Positions 45,935-54,586 of a stretch of 64,000 bases of DNA are shown here, piece after piece. Source of the DNA: Candidatus Poribacteria bacterium (GTDB taxonomy: Bacteria; Poribacteria; WGA-4E; WGA-3G); assembly GCA_965214045.1 (NCBI GenBank), contig OZ243935.1, positions 2,316,994 through 2,380,993 on the forward strand, written 5' to 3'. The notes under the pieces are model-generated. The model did not search any database. It was not told the origin of the DNA and worked only from the letters and a program-made list of their open reading frames with translations. Position 1 is the first letter of the stretch. Every line of letters starts with the position of its first letter. The translations under genes and the position numbers were made by a program.

Positions 45935-46492
45935 ATGCGTGGCAAACATTTGTTCGATGCTATTGCTGCATTTCTCCTTATCATTATCTTTGCCCCTCTA
46001 ATGGTGCTGATTGCCATCCTAATTAAGATCACCTCACGTGGTGCCGTCTTTTTCTCACACAAGCGGGTCGGTTTAAATAACGAACTGTTTGTTATCCATA
46101 AATTTCGGAGTCTGCATGTGGATACGCCGTCCTACTCCGAAAAGCCTGGTGCGATTGATGATAAACGCATTACACCGATCGGTAGATGGCTCCGTAAAAC
46201 GAGTTTGGATGAGTTGCCTCAACTTTTCAATGTACTAAAAGGCGAAATGAGTCTGGTGGGTCCGCGTCCAGAAATGCCCTTTCTTGCTGAGCATTATGAG
46301 CCGTCGGAAAACCAACGCCACCTCGTCCGCCCGGGGATGACAGGTCTCTGGCAGCTGAGTCCACGTCGACAAGGGACAATCCGAGAGGGTATCCCTGTTG
46401 ATTTGGAGTACATTGAGAATCTATCCTTCTGGAACGATTTCAAAATACTCCTCCGAACCTTCAAGGTCTTTTGGGATAGCAACACCTATTAA
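45935..46492 (+). CDS. small undecaprenyl-phosphate sugar phosphotransferase (PglC/WbaP C-terminal-domain type), initiating transferase
   Basis: MRGKHLFDAIAAFLLIIIFAPLMVLIAILIKITSRGAVFFSHKRVG...KFRSL...DELPQLFNVLKGEMSLVGPRPE is the bacterial sugar transferase signature. The track start at 45812 is probably too early. Confidence 0.75.
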   Translation: MRGKHLFDAIAAFLLIIIFAPLMVLIAILIKITSRGAVFFSHKRVGLNNELFVIHKFRSLHVDTPSYSEKPGAIDDKRITPIGRWLRKTSLDELPQLFNVLKGEMSLVGPRPEMPFLAEHYEPSENQRHLVRPGMTGLWQLSPRRQGTIREGIPVDLEYIENLSFWNDFKILLRTFKVFWDSNTY

Positions 46493-46553
46493 CGCAATCG
46501 TTTTTTCACGACTGGGTTTGAAAATCTGTATGTTTTTTAAAACGCAACCGTGA

Positions 46554-46588
46554 GCCCGTAATGTAATGGTGGAAGGTAAAATTAAAAT
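46554..46588 (+). repeat. truncated leader repeat (gcccgtaatgtaatggtggaaggtaaaattaaaat)
   Basis: Shares GCCCGTAATGTAATGG and the GGTAAAATTAAAA tail with the other leaders. Overlaps the annotated start of the DUF983-like gene. Confidence 0.6.
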
Positions 46589-46925
46589 ACTCGGTAGAAG
46601 TCTGAGATGCAGTTTTCAACTGAAATGTCCGCGGTGTGGTGAAGGGGCACTGTTTCAAACGTATTTCAGGATGTTTACCCACTGTGCAATGTGTGATTTG
46701 AAGTTTGAACGAGAATCCGGTTACTTTATCGGCGCGATGTACCTCAATTACGGCGCGACAATCCTCATCGCTTTTCCAAGTTATTTCCTATTTGAGAAGT
46801 TTACTTCTATTCCTTTCTATGCTAATTTAAGTGTGTGGGCACTATTTTCCGCTATCTTCCCCGTTCTCTTCTACCGTTATTCAAAGAGTTTATGGCTGAA
46901 CTTTGATTACATCTTTTCGTCTTAG
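46566..46925 (+). CDS. small zinc-ribbon membrane protein (DUF983-like)
   Basis: CPRCGEG...C..C zinc ribbon followed by two transmembrane helices. Start uncertain. Confidence 0.5.
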   Translation: MVEGKIKILGRSLRCSFQLKCPRCGEGALFQTYFRMFTHCAMCDLKFERESGYFIGAMYLNYGATILIAFPSYFLFEKFTSIPFYANLSVWALFSAIFPVLFYRYSKSLWLNFDYIFSS

Positions 46926-47068
46926 GACCAACTGGATAGTAATGCTTAAAACCCGTTAATTTCCAAGGATGTGGATCAAATTCATCGAAGACTTGATTTT
47001 GACAGGGGTCCCCATCGCTTGCTGAGAACGGATGGAAAAATCGGGACGAAAACCTAATCGTTAAAAAA

Positions 47069-47818
47069 TTATCTTGTGAAAATCTGACCGCGAGTATAAG
47101 AGGCTTCATCGGACGCGAGGAACGTGAGGACCCGTGCGACTCCTGATGGATCACCAAGTGAATTGCGGGCATTAGCAACCGCTGCCTTTGGATCTTGTCC
47201 ATCCCGTTTTGCCGATTCTGCAATCTGTCCGAGTTTCAGTGGGGTTGCCAGTCCGCCAGGACAGATAGTATGTATACGGATGTTCATTGATGCTACCTGA
47301 TTTTCTACCGTCATTACGAGCCCATTGACGCCACCCTTGCTGGAGGCGTAAGCAACCGAGGAGCTTCCACCGCGAACCCCTGCCCCGGAAGCGATACATA
47401 GGATTACACCACCACCGCTCTTCATTATTGGGACAGCATGTTTAAGAGCGAAAAAAGTTCCTTTGAGATTCACGTCGATAACTGAGTCAAAGGTTGCGGC
47501 TTCAAAATTATCGATGCGGACACTCGGTCCACGCAGAACGCCTGCGGAAGTTACCAAAGTGTCAATCCCGCCGTATTCCCTGTCAGCAGTTTCCATCAAA
47601 TCCGCTACTTCGGTTTCGACTGTGACATTGGTACGTTGGAACTTGGCAATTCCACCTGCCTCAACAATTGTAGTGAGCGTTTTTTGAGCGTCTTCTTCAT
47701 TGATGTCACCGAAGACGACTTTCGCCCCTGCTTTAGCATATTCAATCGCTGTTGCCGCACCAATACCTGTAGATCCACCAGTAATGACAGCCACCTTATC
47801 GTTAAGTCGAATATCCAT
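47069..47818 (-). CDS. short-chain dehydrogenase/reductase (classical SDR)
   Basis: TGGSTGIGAATA cofactor motif, NAG-like (TSAG) block and YxxxK (YASSKGG). Confidence 0.8.
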   Translation of the reverse strand: MDIRLNDKVAVITGGSTGIGAATAIEYAKAGAKVVFGDINEEDAQKTLTTIVEAGGIAKFQRTNVTVETEVADLMETADREYGGIDTLVTSAGVLRGPSVRIDNFEAATFDSVIDVNLKGTFFALKHAVPIMKSGGGVILCIASGAGVRGGSSSVAYASSKGGVNGLVMTVENQVASMNIRIHTICPGGLATPLKLGQIAESAKRDGQDPKAAVANARNSLGDPSGVARVLTFLASDEASYTRGQIFTR

Positions 47819-47978
47819 ATTCTATCTCCTTGAAATCATAGAAGTAATCTCCGTGTCGTTAGGTTCGGTGGTAAAGATTATAGGTGGAATATGTTGATAG
47901 CGCAAGTATTTTTGTCTTGATACAAGCGGAGGCGCGAGTTACATTTACGATGTTAGTTGGGAATCGCTAAGAGAGTAG

Positions 47979-48776
47979 CTAATTTTTAAACTGAAAGCGG
48001 TAAGGAATACGGAGACGTTGACTGACAACTATTTCGCCTCGTTTCGCTGGCACGAATCGGGACGCTTTGAGTGCCGTAATTGCCGCTTCTTCACATCCTA
48101 ACCCACTAATCTCGATCACCTTGATAACTTTGATGTCTCTCGCTATGCCGTCTGTACCGATTGTCGCTTCAAGTACAACGAGTCCCTCCATGTGGGAAAG
48201 GCGAGCAGATTCGGGATATATCGGATCGACTTTACGGAAGAACCGAGCATCTTGTGTTGGTTCCTCCGGCAGTACCGAAACTGATGGAAGTTCGGTGGCT
48301 TCAGCACTCGCAATAACAGTTGGTATTAATGACCACTCTGGACGTGATATCCGTTTAGGGGTCGGACGGATTAGTTGTGAACCACGATCCGGAGACTGGA
48401 GAGGTAAATTACGCTGAAGTGTTTTCTCGTTGCCTATTCCAATTTCTGTTGGAGTCGTCTGCTGGATAGTCGAGACCGGAAGCGTATCAACGAAGGGTTT
48501 CGGCTGGCTTTGCGGTGTGTGGGTGGCATCTGAAATCGTCCGAATACGCTGCGGCTGTGAGTGAATGAAATTTGGCTGTGTTAATGCTGGCACTTTGAGT
48601 CGGCGTGGCTCGAGCATAGGTTTTGTCTCTGGGAGCGAGACAAATTCAGCCATAATCGCATCACCGTGTTTATCTACTGTCCCGACGATAGATAGAGCTG
48701 CGATCGCAACACCTATCAGGTGAACGCAGATAGATAAAGATACAGACTTGTTCAAAAATTGGATAGACCTGTTCAT
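47979..48776 (-). CDS. TonB-family protein (N-terminal transmembrane anchor, Pro/Gln-rich linker, TonB C-terminal domain)
   Basis: C-terminus ...PIYPESARLSHMEGLVVLEATIGTDGIARDIKVIK...FVPAKRGEIV matches the TonB C-terminal fold pattern. Confidence 0.65.
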   Translation of the reverse strand: MNRSIQFLNKSVSLSICVHLIGVAIAALSIVGTVDKHGDAIMAEFVSLPETKPMLEPRRLKVPALTQPNFIHSQPQRIRTISDATHTPQSQPKPFVDTLPVSTIQQTTPTEIGIGNEKTLQRNLPLQSPDRGSQLIRPTPKRISRPEWSLIPTVIASAEATELPSVSVLPEEPTQDARFFRKVDPIYPESARLSHMEGLVVLEATIGTDGIARDIKVIKVIEISGLGCEEAAITALKASRFVPAKRGEIVVSQRLRIPYRFQFKN

Positions 48777-49030
48777 AATTTAAACACCTATTTGCTGACT
48801 GCGTATCCGTGAGGTACGCTCAGCATAGGGGTGATGTATACTTTACAGTTTTGTTTTTGCAAACGGAGCGAGTATCTACGCTAAATGTAGCAAAATCTAT
48901 GCCAATCCTTACTAATTTGTAAAGGGCGCGAAAAAACTTGCTATTTTCCCATATTTGTTGTAAAATTTTAAGATAGACGATTGGATCCATCGTGATAGGC
49001 AATCTCAGTACTAATGAGGAGGATACTTTC

Positions 49031-49264
49031 ATGGAAGTGAGAATTGAATACTGCACCGCCTGAAACTACCAGCCGCGGGCAGCCAGTTTGGCGGATGCCT
49101 TAAAACAGAAATACGGTACGGCAGTTAAGACGGTCGATTTGATCCCCGGTAGTGGTGGGGCTTTTGAAGTCTCTTTAAACGGAACACTGCTTTATTCAAA
49201 GTTAGAAACCGGACAATTTCCGACGACAGAGCAGATAACAACCGCGATGGACGCTGCGGCATAG
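49031..49264 (+). CDS. SelW/Rdx-family selenoprotein with in-frame TGA (Sec) in a CxxU motif
   Basis: Not in the ORF track. ATG 49031 is preceded by a GAGGAGG Shine-Dalgarno. Translation reads MEVRIEYCTA-U-NYQPRAASLADALKQKYGTAVKTVDLIPGSGGAFEVSLNGTLLYSKLETGQFPTTEQITTAMDAAA, with TGA at 49061-49063 and TAG stop at 49262-49264. This is the Rdx/SelW pattern (CxxU near the N-terminus; GxxGxFEV...K block). Confidence 0.65.
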
Positions 49265-49344
49265 CCAGCGTCTCTGGAAAGGCGGAAGTGGTTATAGTAC
49301 GCAAGCCTATAGAGGTTTGCGGAACAATACTTCCGCCTTTTTTA

Positions 49345-50160
49345 TTATTCTACTGCAACGATTGCAATCTTCCACCGGTCTGCTTGCTGAATGAGGGCAT
49401 CGGCATCCATCACAAATGTTCGCCGTGCTTCGACTGCTAACACACTCGCTTTAACTTGATGCAGCACCTCAAGTGTTTGCATGCCCACCGTCGGCACATC
49501 AATACGAAAATCGTGGCTCTCAGCGGCGGCTTTCGCAACAATGACACCTTGCCTTCCTAAGTTTCCTCCACGCTGAATAGTTGCATCTGTCCCTTCAATG
49601 GCTTCCATAGCAAGGACAATCTGATTTTTAACGACAACTGTTTGACCAATATCCATATTTGCTATCTGACGGGCGGTACTGATACCGAGTTCAATATCTA
49701 TCCATTGGCTTGCAGTGGGTTGTCGAGTTGTTAGGACGCTGGGTTCCGGGAGAAGGTGCTGGAGGTACTGATCTTGGGTGAGGATGGTAAGTCCGGCGGA
49801 TTCAAGGTAGTTAAGTGCGGCGTTGACGATTACGGAAGGTTTTTCGCGTCGGTTTTGTACGAGGATTTTAATGGTTGTTGTGTCAATTTGAAAGGGGCGA
49901 AGGAGAATGTTTTTTTCGACTTTCCCGATGATCACAACCTCTTTTACGCCTGAATTAAGAAGCGTTCGGGTGATCTTTTGAATCTGACCGACCCCATAAG
50001 TGTGAAGTTCGCATGTGATTCCGGCAAAGCGTTGCGCGTCGGATTTTGTTATTTGGATAATAACGGGTTGTCGTTCATGGACAACAACAGCGTGTGCTAA
50101 TAGCACCGGCAGTTCACCTGCACCTGCAATAATACCCAATTTTTCCACTTTTTTAGGCAT
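49345..50160 (-). CDS. lpxI: UDP-2,3-diacylglucosamine hydrolase LpxI (DUF1009)
   Basis: 271 aa. The N-terminus KLGIIAGAGELPVLLA and overall pattern match the LpxI family. Follows lpxA in the same orientation. Confidence 0.65.
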   Translation of the reverse strand: MPKKVEKLGIIAGAGELPVLLAHAVVVHERQPVIIQITKSDAQRFAGITCELHTYGVGQIQKITRTLLNSGVKEVVIIGKVEKNILLRPFQIDTTTIKILVQNRREKPSVIVNAALNYLESAGLTILTQDQYLQHLLPEPSVLTTRQPTASQWIDIELGISTARQIANMDIGQTVVVKNQIVLAMEAIEGTDATIQRGGNLGRQGVIVAKAAAESHDFRIDVPTVGMQTLEVLHQVKASVLAVEARRTFVMDADALIQQADRWKIAIVAVE

Positions 50161-50234
50161 TGATTCTGACCCGAAACTTAGTGGAGGATAGTCCAGATTT
50201 AAGAGTTTAAAAGATACTGCAGAGAAGTTAAAGG

Positions 50235-51059
50235 CTAACCACTCGGAGTGCGGTTCGGTTGACTGAATCCTATGCCACGTTTCGAGGTCTCTATAAATGT
50301 GAGTAAATATTCAACTTCCGGTGTTGATTCGAGCGTTTCTTTGACTCTGGCAACGGCGTGCTTGAGTGGTAACCCTGATCGGAACAAGATGCGGAATGCC
50401 TTCTTTAACGCCGCGAGCGTTTCAGGTGTAAGTTGTGACAAAGGGTTAATCCGTGATGTTCGGATACCGATGCTGTTCAGGCTCCGAACACGCGCGGGTT
50501 GTCCGGCGGAAAGGGCAAACGGTGGGATATCCTGCACGATTTTTGAGAAACCCCCTGCCATTGCCATTTTGCCGACGCGCACATATTGGTGCAGTGCCGC
50601 ATGTGCTCCGAGTCGAACATCATCTTCAATCACGACATGCCCCGCAAGCGAGACAAAGTTCGCCATGATTATTCTATTGCCGACGATGGTGTCGTGTGCG
50701 AGATTAACCCAATTCATCAGCAAATTATTATCCCCGACGATAGTTGCTTCCTCTTCAAAAGATGACCTGGAGATAGAAACGTATTCGCGTAGTATATTGC
50801 GATTCCCGATTTTCACGTAGCTTCGACAGCCCCCGTACTTCAGGTCTTTAGATTCGTTACCGATGGTAGCACCGAAGAAAATTTTACATTCTTCGCCGAT
50901 AGTTGTCCACTTCTCAATCTGAACATGCGGTCCGATCACGGTGCCGCGCCCTATATGAACATCGTCACCGACAAGACTGTAGGGGCCAATCTGAACCCCC
51001 TCTTCCAACGTTGCTTTTGGAGAGATAATAGCCGTAGGGTGAATGTTGGTTTCTAACAC
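50235..51059 (-). CDS. lpxA: UDP-N-acetylglucosamine O-acyltransferase LpxA
   Basis: Left-handed beta-helix hexapeptide repeats. The ETNIHPTAIISPKA N-terminus is as in LpxA. Likely GTG start, preceded by GGAGG, about 20 codons downstream of the track start (coordinate within 1 nt). Confidence 0.8.
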   Translation of the reverse strand: MLETNIHPTAIISPKATLEEGVQIGPYSLVGDDVHIGRGTVIGPHVQIEKWTTIGEECKIFFGATIGNESKDLKYGGCRSYVKIGNRNILREYVSISRSSFEEEATIVGDNNLLMNWVNLAHDTIVGNRIIMANFVSLAGHVVIEDDVRLGAHAALHQYVRVGKMAMAGGFSKIVQDIPPFALSAGQPARVRSLNSIGIRTSRINPLSQLTPETLAALKKAFRILFRSGLPLKHAVARVKETLESTPEVEYLLTFIETSKRGIGFSQPNRTPSG

Positions 51060-51217
51060 AGATGCCCCTCCGTTTATATTGGCAGTTGGCAGTCGGCAAT
51101 CAGCCGTCGGCGGACCCACTTTCGGTTTTCTGGAACTCTCAAATCAAATAGGGAACTGCTGGTCGTTAGGAAACCCTCTTTGCTGAAAGCCGAAAGCCGA
51201 AAGCCGAAAGCCATAGA

Positions 51218-52504
51218 TCAGGCAGATGCTAATACGATTGATAGTTCTGCCTCTGTAGCGAGTTCGTCTCCTACGTAAACGCGACCTTCGATGCGTGCAA
51301 TTCTGCTTCGTAGTTGTGCGACCTCTATTTCCAGTCGGAGTTGGTCCCCCGGAATGACAGCGCGTCGGAATGTTGCCTTGTTGATTGAGCGAAAATAGCC
51401 AAGTTCACCTTCCTTACCGATGTCTCGAAGCACAAGCCATGCAGCGAGTTGTGCAAGGGCTTCAATCTGTAGCACACCCGGCATCACAGGGCGCGTCGGG
51501 AAATGCCCCTCAAAAATTGGTTCGTTATAAGTCACATTCTTAATGCCTACAGCGCGCTTTTTGCTTTCGTATTCAATAACTCTATCGACCATGCACATCG
51601 GATGCCGGTGCGGCAACACTTCATAGATATCCATTACCTCAATCGGTTCTTGAACTGGTACCTGTTGGAGGTGGCCCGCTTCAGCGAGGGCTTGCACAAA
51701 TTCCGCATGAAACATATGTCCAGTCCGCATCGCGAGAACATGTGCTTTCGGTAGGTGTCCAGCTAAATAGAGATCGCCAATCAAATCAAGGATTTTATGT
51801 CGGACCAACTCGTCTTCAAACCGCAGTGGTGTGTTGGGTTCACCTGCGGTATTGATAACAACGACGTTATCATAGTTTGCCCCTTTCCCGATGCCGAGTG
51901 CCTGTAGGGCTTCAATTTCATTTTCGAAACAGAAACTCCGTGCTGGTGCGATATCGTCAGCATACGATTCTCGGGTTATTTTGAATGTTGCTGTTTGTGG
52001 TTTCGTCTGCGGATGTGCATAAACGAACGTCACCTCTAAAGCGTCGGCAGGTAGCAACACGAGTTGCTTATCCCCTACAGAAAGCGCGAACGGTTCCGTG
52101 ACCTCAATAAACTTCCGTGGGGCATCTTGTGAGACAAGCCCTACTGCTTGGATATTTTCGACGTATGGTGCCGCACTCCCATCAAGCCCAGGAGGTTCTG
52201 ACGCGTCAAGTTCCACCGTCGCGTTGTCAACGCCGAGACCGCCGAGTGCTGAGAGGATGTGTTCGATGCTGCTAACCGTTGTATCACCGTTACGTAAACT
52301 GGTACATCGTGGCAGAATATCTGCCCAGTTTTCCTGACATACTTTCACTTCAGGCGCACCAGCCATATCCACACGTCGGAAGACGATGCCGGAATCTGCC
52401 GGTGCTGGTTTCAAGGTTAACGTCACGGATTCCCCTAACATTAACCCTTTTCCTGTCATTGTTATTTCGTTCTGAATTGTTTGCTGTGAATCAGCTTTTG
52501 CCAT
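51218..52504 (-). CDS. lpxC: bifunctional UDP-3-O-acyl-GlcNAc deacetylase / 3-hydroxyacyl-ACP dehydratase (LpxC-FabZ fusion)
   Basis: The N-terminal LpxC domain has an HKxL block. The C-terminal hot-dog FabZ domain contains ...MCMVDRVIEYESKKRAVGIKNVTYNEPIFEGHFP.... Confidence 0.85.
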   Translation of the reverse strand: MAKADSQQTIQNEITMTGKGLMLGESVTLTLKPAPADSGIVFRRVDMAGAPEVKVCQENWADILPRCTSLRNGDTTVSSIEHILSALGGLGVDNATVELDASEPPGLDGSAAPYVENIQAVGLVSQDAPRKFIEVTEPFALSVGDKQLVLLPADALEVTFVYAHPQTKPQTATFKITRESYADDIAPARSFCFENEIEALQALGIGKGANYDNVVVINTAGEPNTPLRFEDELVRHKILDLIGDLYLAGHLPKAHVLAMRTGHMFHAEFVQALAEAGHLQQVPVQEPIEVMDIYEVLPHRHPMCMVDRVIEYESKKRAVGIKNVTYNEPIFEGHFPTRPVMPGVLQIEALAQLAAWLVLRDIGKEGELGYFRSINKATFRRAVIPGDQLRLEIEVAQLRSRIARIEGRVYVGDELATEAELSIVLASA

Positions 52505-52660
52505 TCGCTTTTGTCACTTTCTGTTTAGTAGTTGTCAGTCATCAGTTTGCCTTGCCGCGAGAGTTAAGGGATGTCTGTAACAATCTACCTGTGTTTTGGT
52601 TTGGAGTATTCCAAGAGGTGGTAATCGTTATAGACCTACTCTGGAACTGATAACCGACGA

Positions 52661-53743
52661 CTATTTAGAAGCACGCCGCATTTTTCGTATCATCCTATTG
52701 TGTTCTGAAAGCGTCTTTGAAAAATGGTGCTTTCCTTCACCTATTGCCACGAAATAGAGATAGTCTGTTCTTTCGGGTCGCAGTGCAGCTATAATTGAAT
52801 CGATACCTGGATTCGCAATAGGACCAGGAGGCAAACCTTTGTATTTATACGTGTTATAAGGCGAATCAACCTGCAGATCGGTTTTCGTTAAGGGGCTCTC
52901 TGGATTCCCTAAGGCATAAAGCACCGTTGGATCTGCCTGAAGTTTCCACTTTCGTGTAAGCCGGTTATGAAAAACACTTGAAATACGGGGGCGTTCGAGT
53001 CTAACTTGTGCTTCCTTTTCAATGACAGAGGCAAGCGTTACAATTTCGTGACGGGTACGCCCTAAATTTTCTGCCTCCTCGTCAAATTTTTCCGTCCATT
53101 GCTGTTTAAATTCATTAAGCATCATTTCAACAACCTTCTGAGTTGTTGTGCCTTTCGCGAATTTGTACGTATTCGGAAAAAGATAGCCCTCCACAGTTAT
53201 GTTTGTAAGTCCATACCGCTCCAACAAACGCGGGGTTTCAGTAGCTTTCTGAAACGCCTCGGCTGTGCCAAAGCCGCTTGTTTCCCAAAGTTCGGCAATA
53301 GCAGATGTCGTTAAACCTTCTGGTACTGTCCAACTAACCAGTGTAACCTGTCCCTTTTCAAATTCATCGAGTAGATCCCACAACGCCATGTTTCGCCGTA
53401 ACGCATAAGTTCCAGCTTGTAGGTGTCTACCAGTCCCTCTGTATCGGACAGCTAAACGGAAGGCGTGTTCGCTGCGTATTAACTTTTGTTCAATTAATCG
53501 CTTTGCTATTGCGCGCGAACTGCTCCCTACTGGCACATCAAAGTTGACAACCTCTTTTGACGATGTTGGTGGTAGCGTCAGGGATGCTCCAATCAACAAG
53601 ACAATGAGGCAAAGAGTACCAAGACAGCATAGCGTCAATATGCCGATCTTAATTTTTCGTGTTTTCCAGAGAGAGGTAGCTTGACTATCTGGTGATTGAA
53701 CAGATTTATCTTCTACTCCCTGCTCTGTTTGTGCAGACCCCAT
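52661..53743 (-). CDS. mltG: endolytic murein transglycosylase MltG (YceG-like)
   Basis: N-terminal transmembrane anchor. YceG/MltG family pattern (...YLFPNTYKF..., ...YNTYKYKGLPPGPIANPG...). Confidence 0.75.
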   Translation of the reverse strand: MGSAQTEQGVEDKSVQSPDSQATSLWKTRKIKIGILTLCCLGTLCLIVLLIGASLTLPPTSSKEVVNFDVPVGSSSRAIAKRLIEQKLIRSEHAFRLAVRYRGTGRHLQAGTYALRRNMALWDLLDEFEKGQVTLVSWTVPEGLTTSAIAELWETSGFGTAEAFQKATETPRLLERYGLTNITVEGYLFPNTYKFAKGTTTQKVVEMMLNEFKQQWTEKFDEEAENLGRTRHEIVTLASVIEKEAQVRLERPRISSVFHNRLTRKWKLQADPTVLYALGNPESPLTKTDLQVDSPYNTYKYKGLPPGPIANPGIDSIIAALRPERTDYLYFVAIGEGKHHFSKTLSEHNRMIRKMRRASK

Positions 53744-53967
53744 GTATTTTCATGATTCTTTAAATGATGGGTCCTCTGACTTTGCTCCATCACATTTCGC
53801 TACCACTTCCCAGTAACGAGTGAGTCCCTGGTTTTCGCTAAGAACACACGAATACTTTTTATCCTATATTTCTTAGGAAGACCATCGTGGAACGATAATC
53901 ATTTGACCCTGGTTAGAAAAATGTTGGAGGCTCCGGCGTAACACCTTGGCGTATCCTAATGGACGAA

Positions 53968-54414
53968 TCAGGAATGCTCTGTAGGTGTGGCAGGATCGCT
54001 CTCCGGGTTTTGATTCAAATAGTCTCTGAGAATAATTACTGCTGCCACCTCGTCAATAAGTTCTTTCTGTGCTTTTGTGTCTTTGTTAAGTTCGCTCAAA
54101 ATCTCTTCTGCTTCAGCCGTTGTAAAACGTTCATCCTGAAATTCGATCGGAATGTCAATTGTGTGCGACAAGCGTTCAGCAAACTTCTGGACCTTCTTGG
54201 CTTGCGTGCCGATAGAACCATCGAGAGAGATGGGCAAACCGATGACGACACGTTCCACCTGGTGGATGGAGACGAGATCCGAGATAGCAATTAAATCAAC
54301 CTGTCGATTTTTTCGGGTTAGTGTACACAGTGGATGTGCCGCAATACCGAGCGCGTCACTGAGCGCAACCCCAATGCGTGTATCACCGACATCTAATCCG
54401 AGTAAAATTGCCAT
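53968..54414 (-). CDS. ruvX: Holliday-junction resolvase-like nuclease RuvX/YqgF
   Basis: 148 aa. ILGLDVGDTRIGVALSD N-terminus. RNase H-like YqgF pattern. Confidence 0.8.
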   Translation of the reverse strand: MAILLGLDVGDTRIGVALSDALGIAAHPLCTLTRKNRQVDLIAISDLVSIHQVERVVIGLPISLDGSIGTQAKKVQKFAERLSHTIDIPIEFQDERFTTAEAEEILSELNKDTKAQKELIDEVAAVIILRDYLNQNPESDPATPTEHS

Positions 54415-54441
54415 TTTTAAACGATTACTCTTGGGCTAAGG

Positions 54442-54466
54442 AACACCCAAGCAAAAATCCCTCCAT
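54442..54466 (-). repeat. reverse-complement fragment of the long-form leader repeat
   Basis: aacacccaagcaaaaatccctccat is the reverse complement of atggagggatttttgcttgggtgtt (compare 3903-3925 and 44166-44180). Confidence 0.55.
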
Positions 54467-54586
54467 GTCATTACAGACAGATTTCTGATTTTCTAACTAT
54501 TGAGTTTCTGTAATTTCTTCAGTTCGAACACGAAAATTGTTAAGTTCACAGATACTATGACGTATCTGTAAGGAATAATTAAAAAA

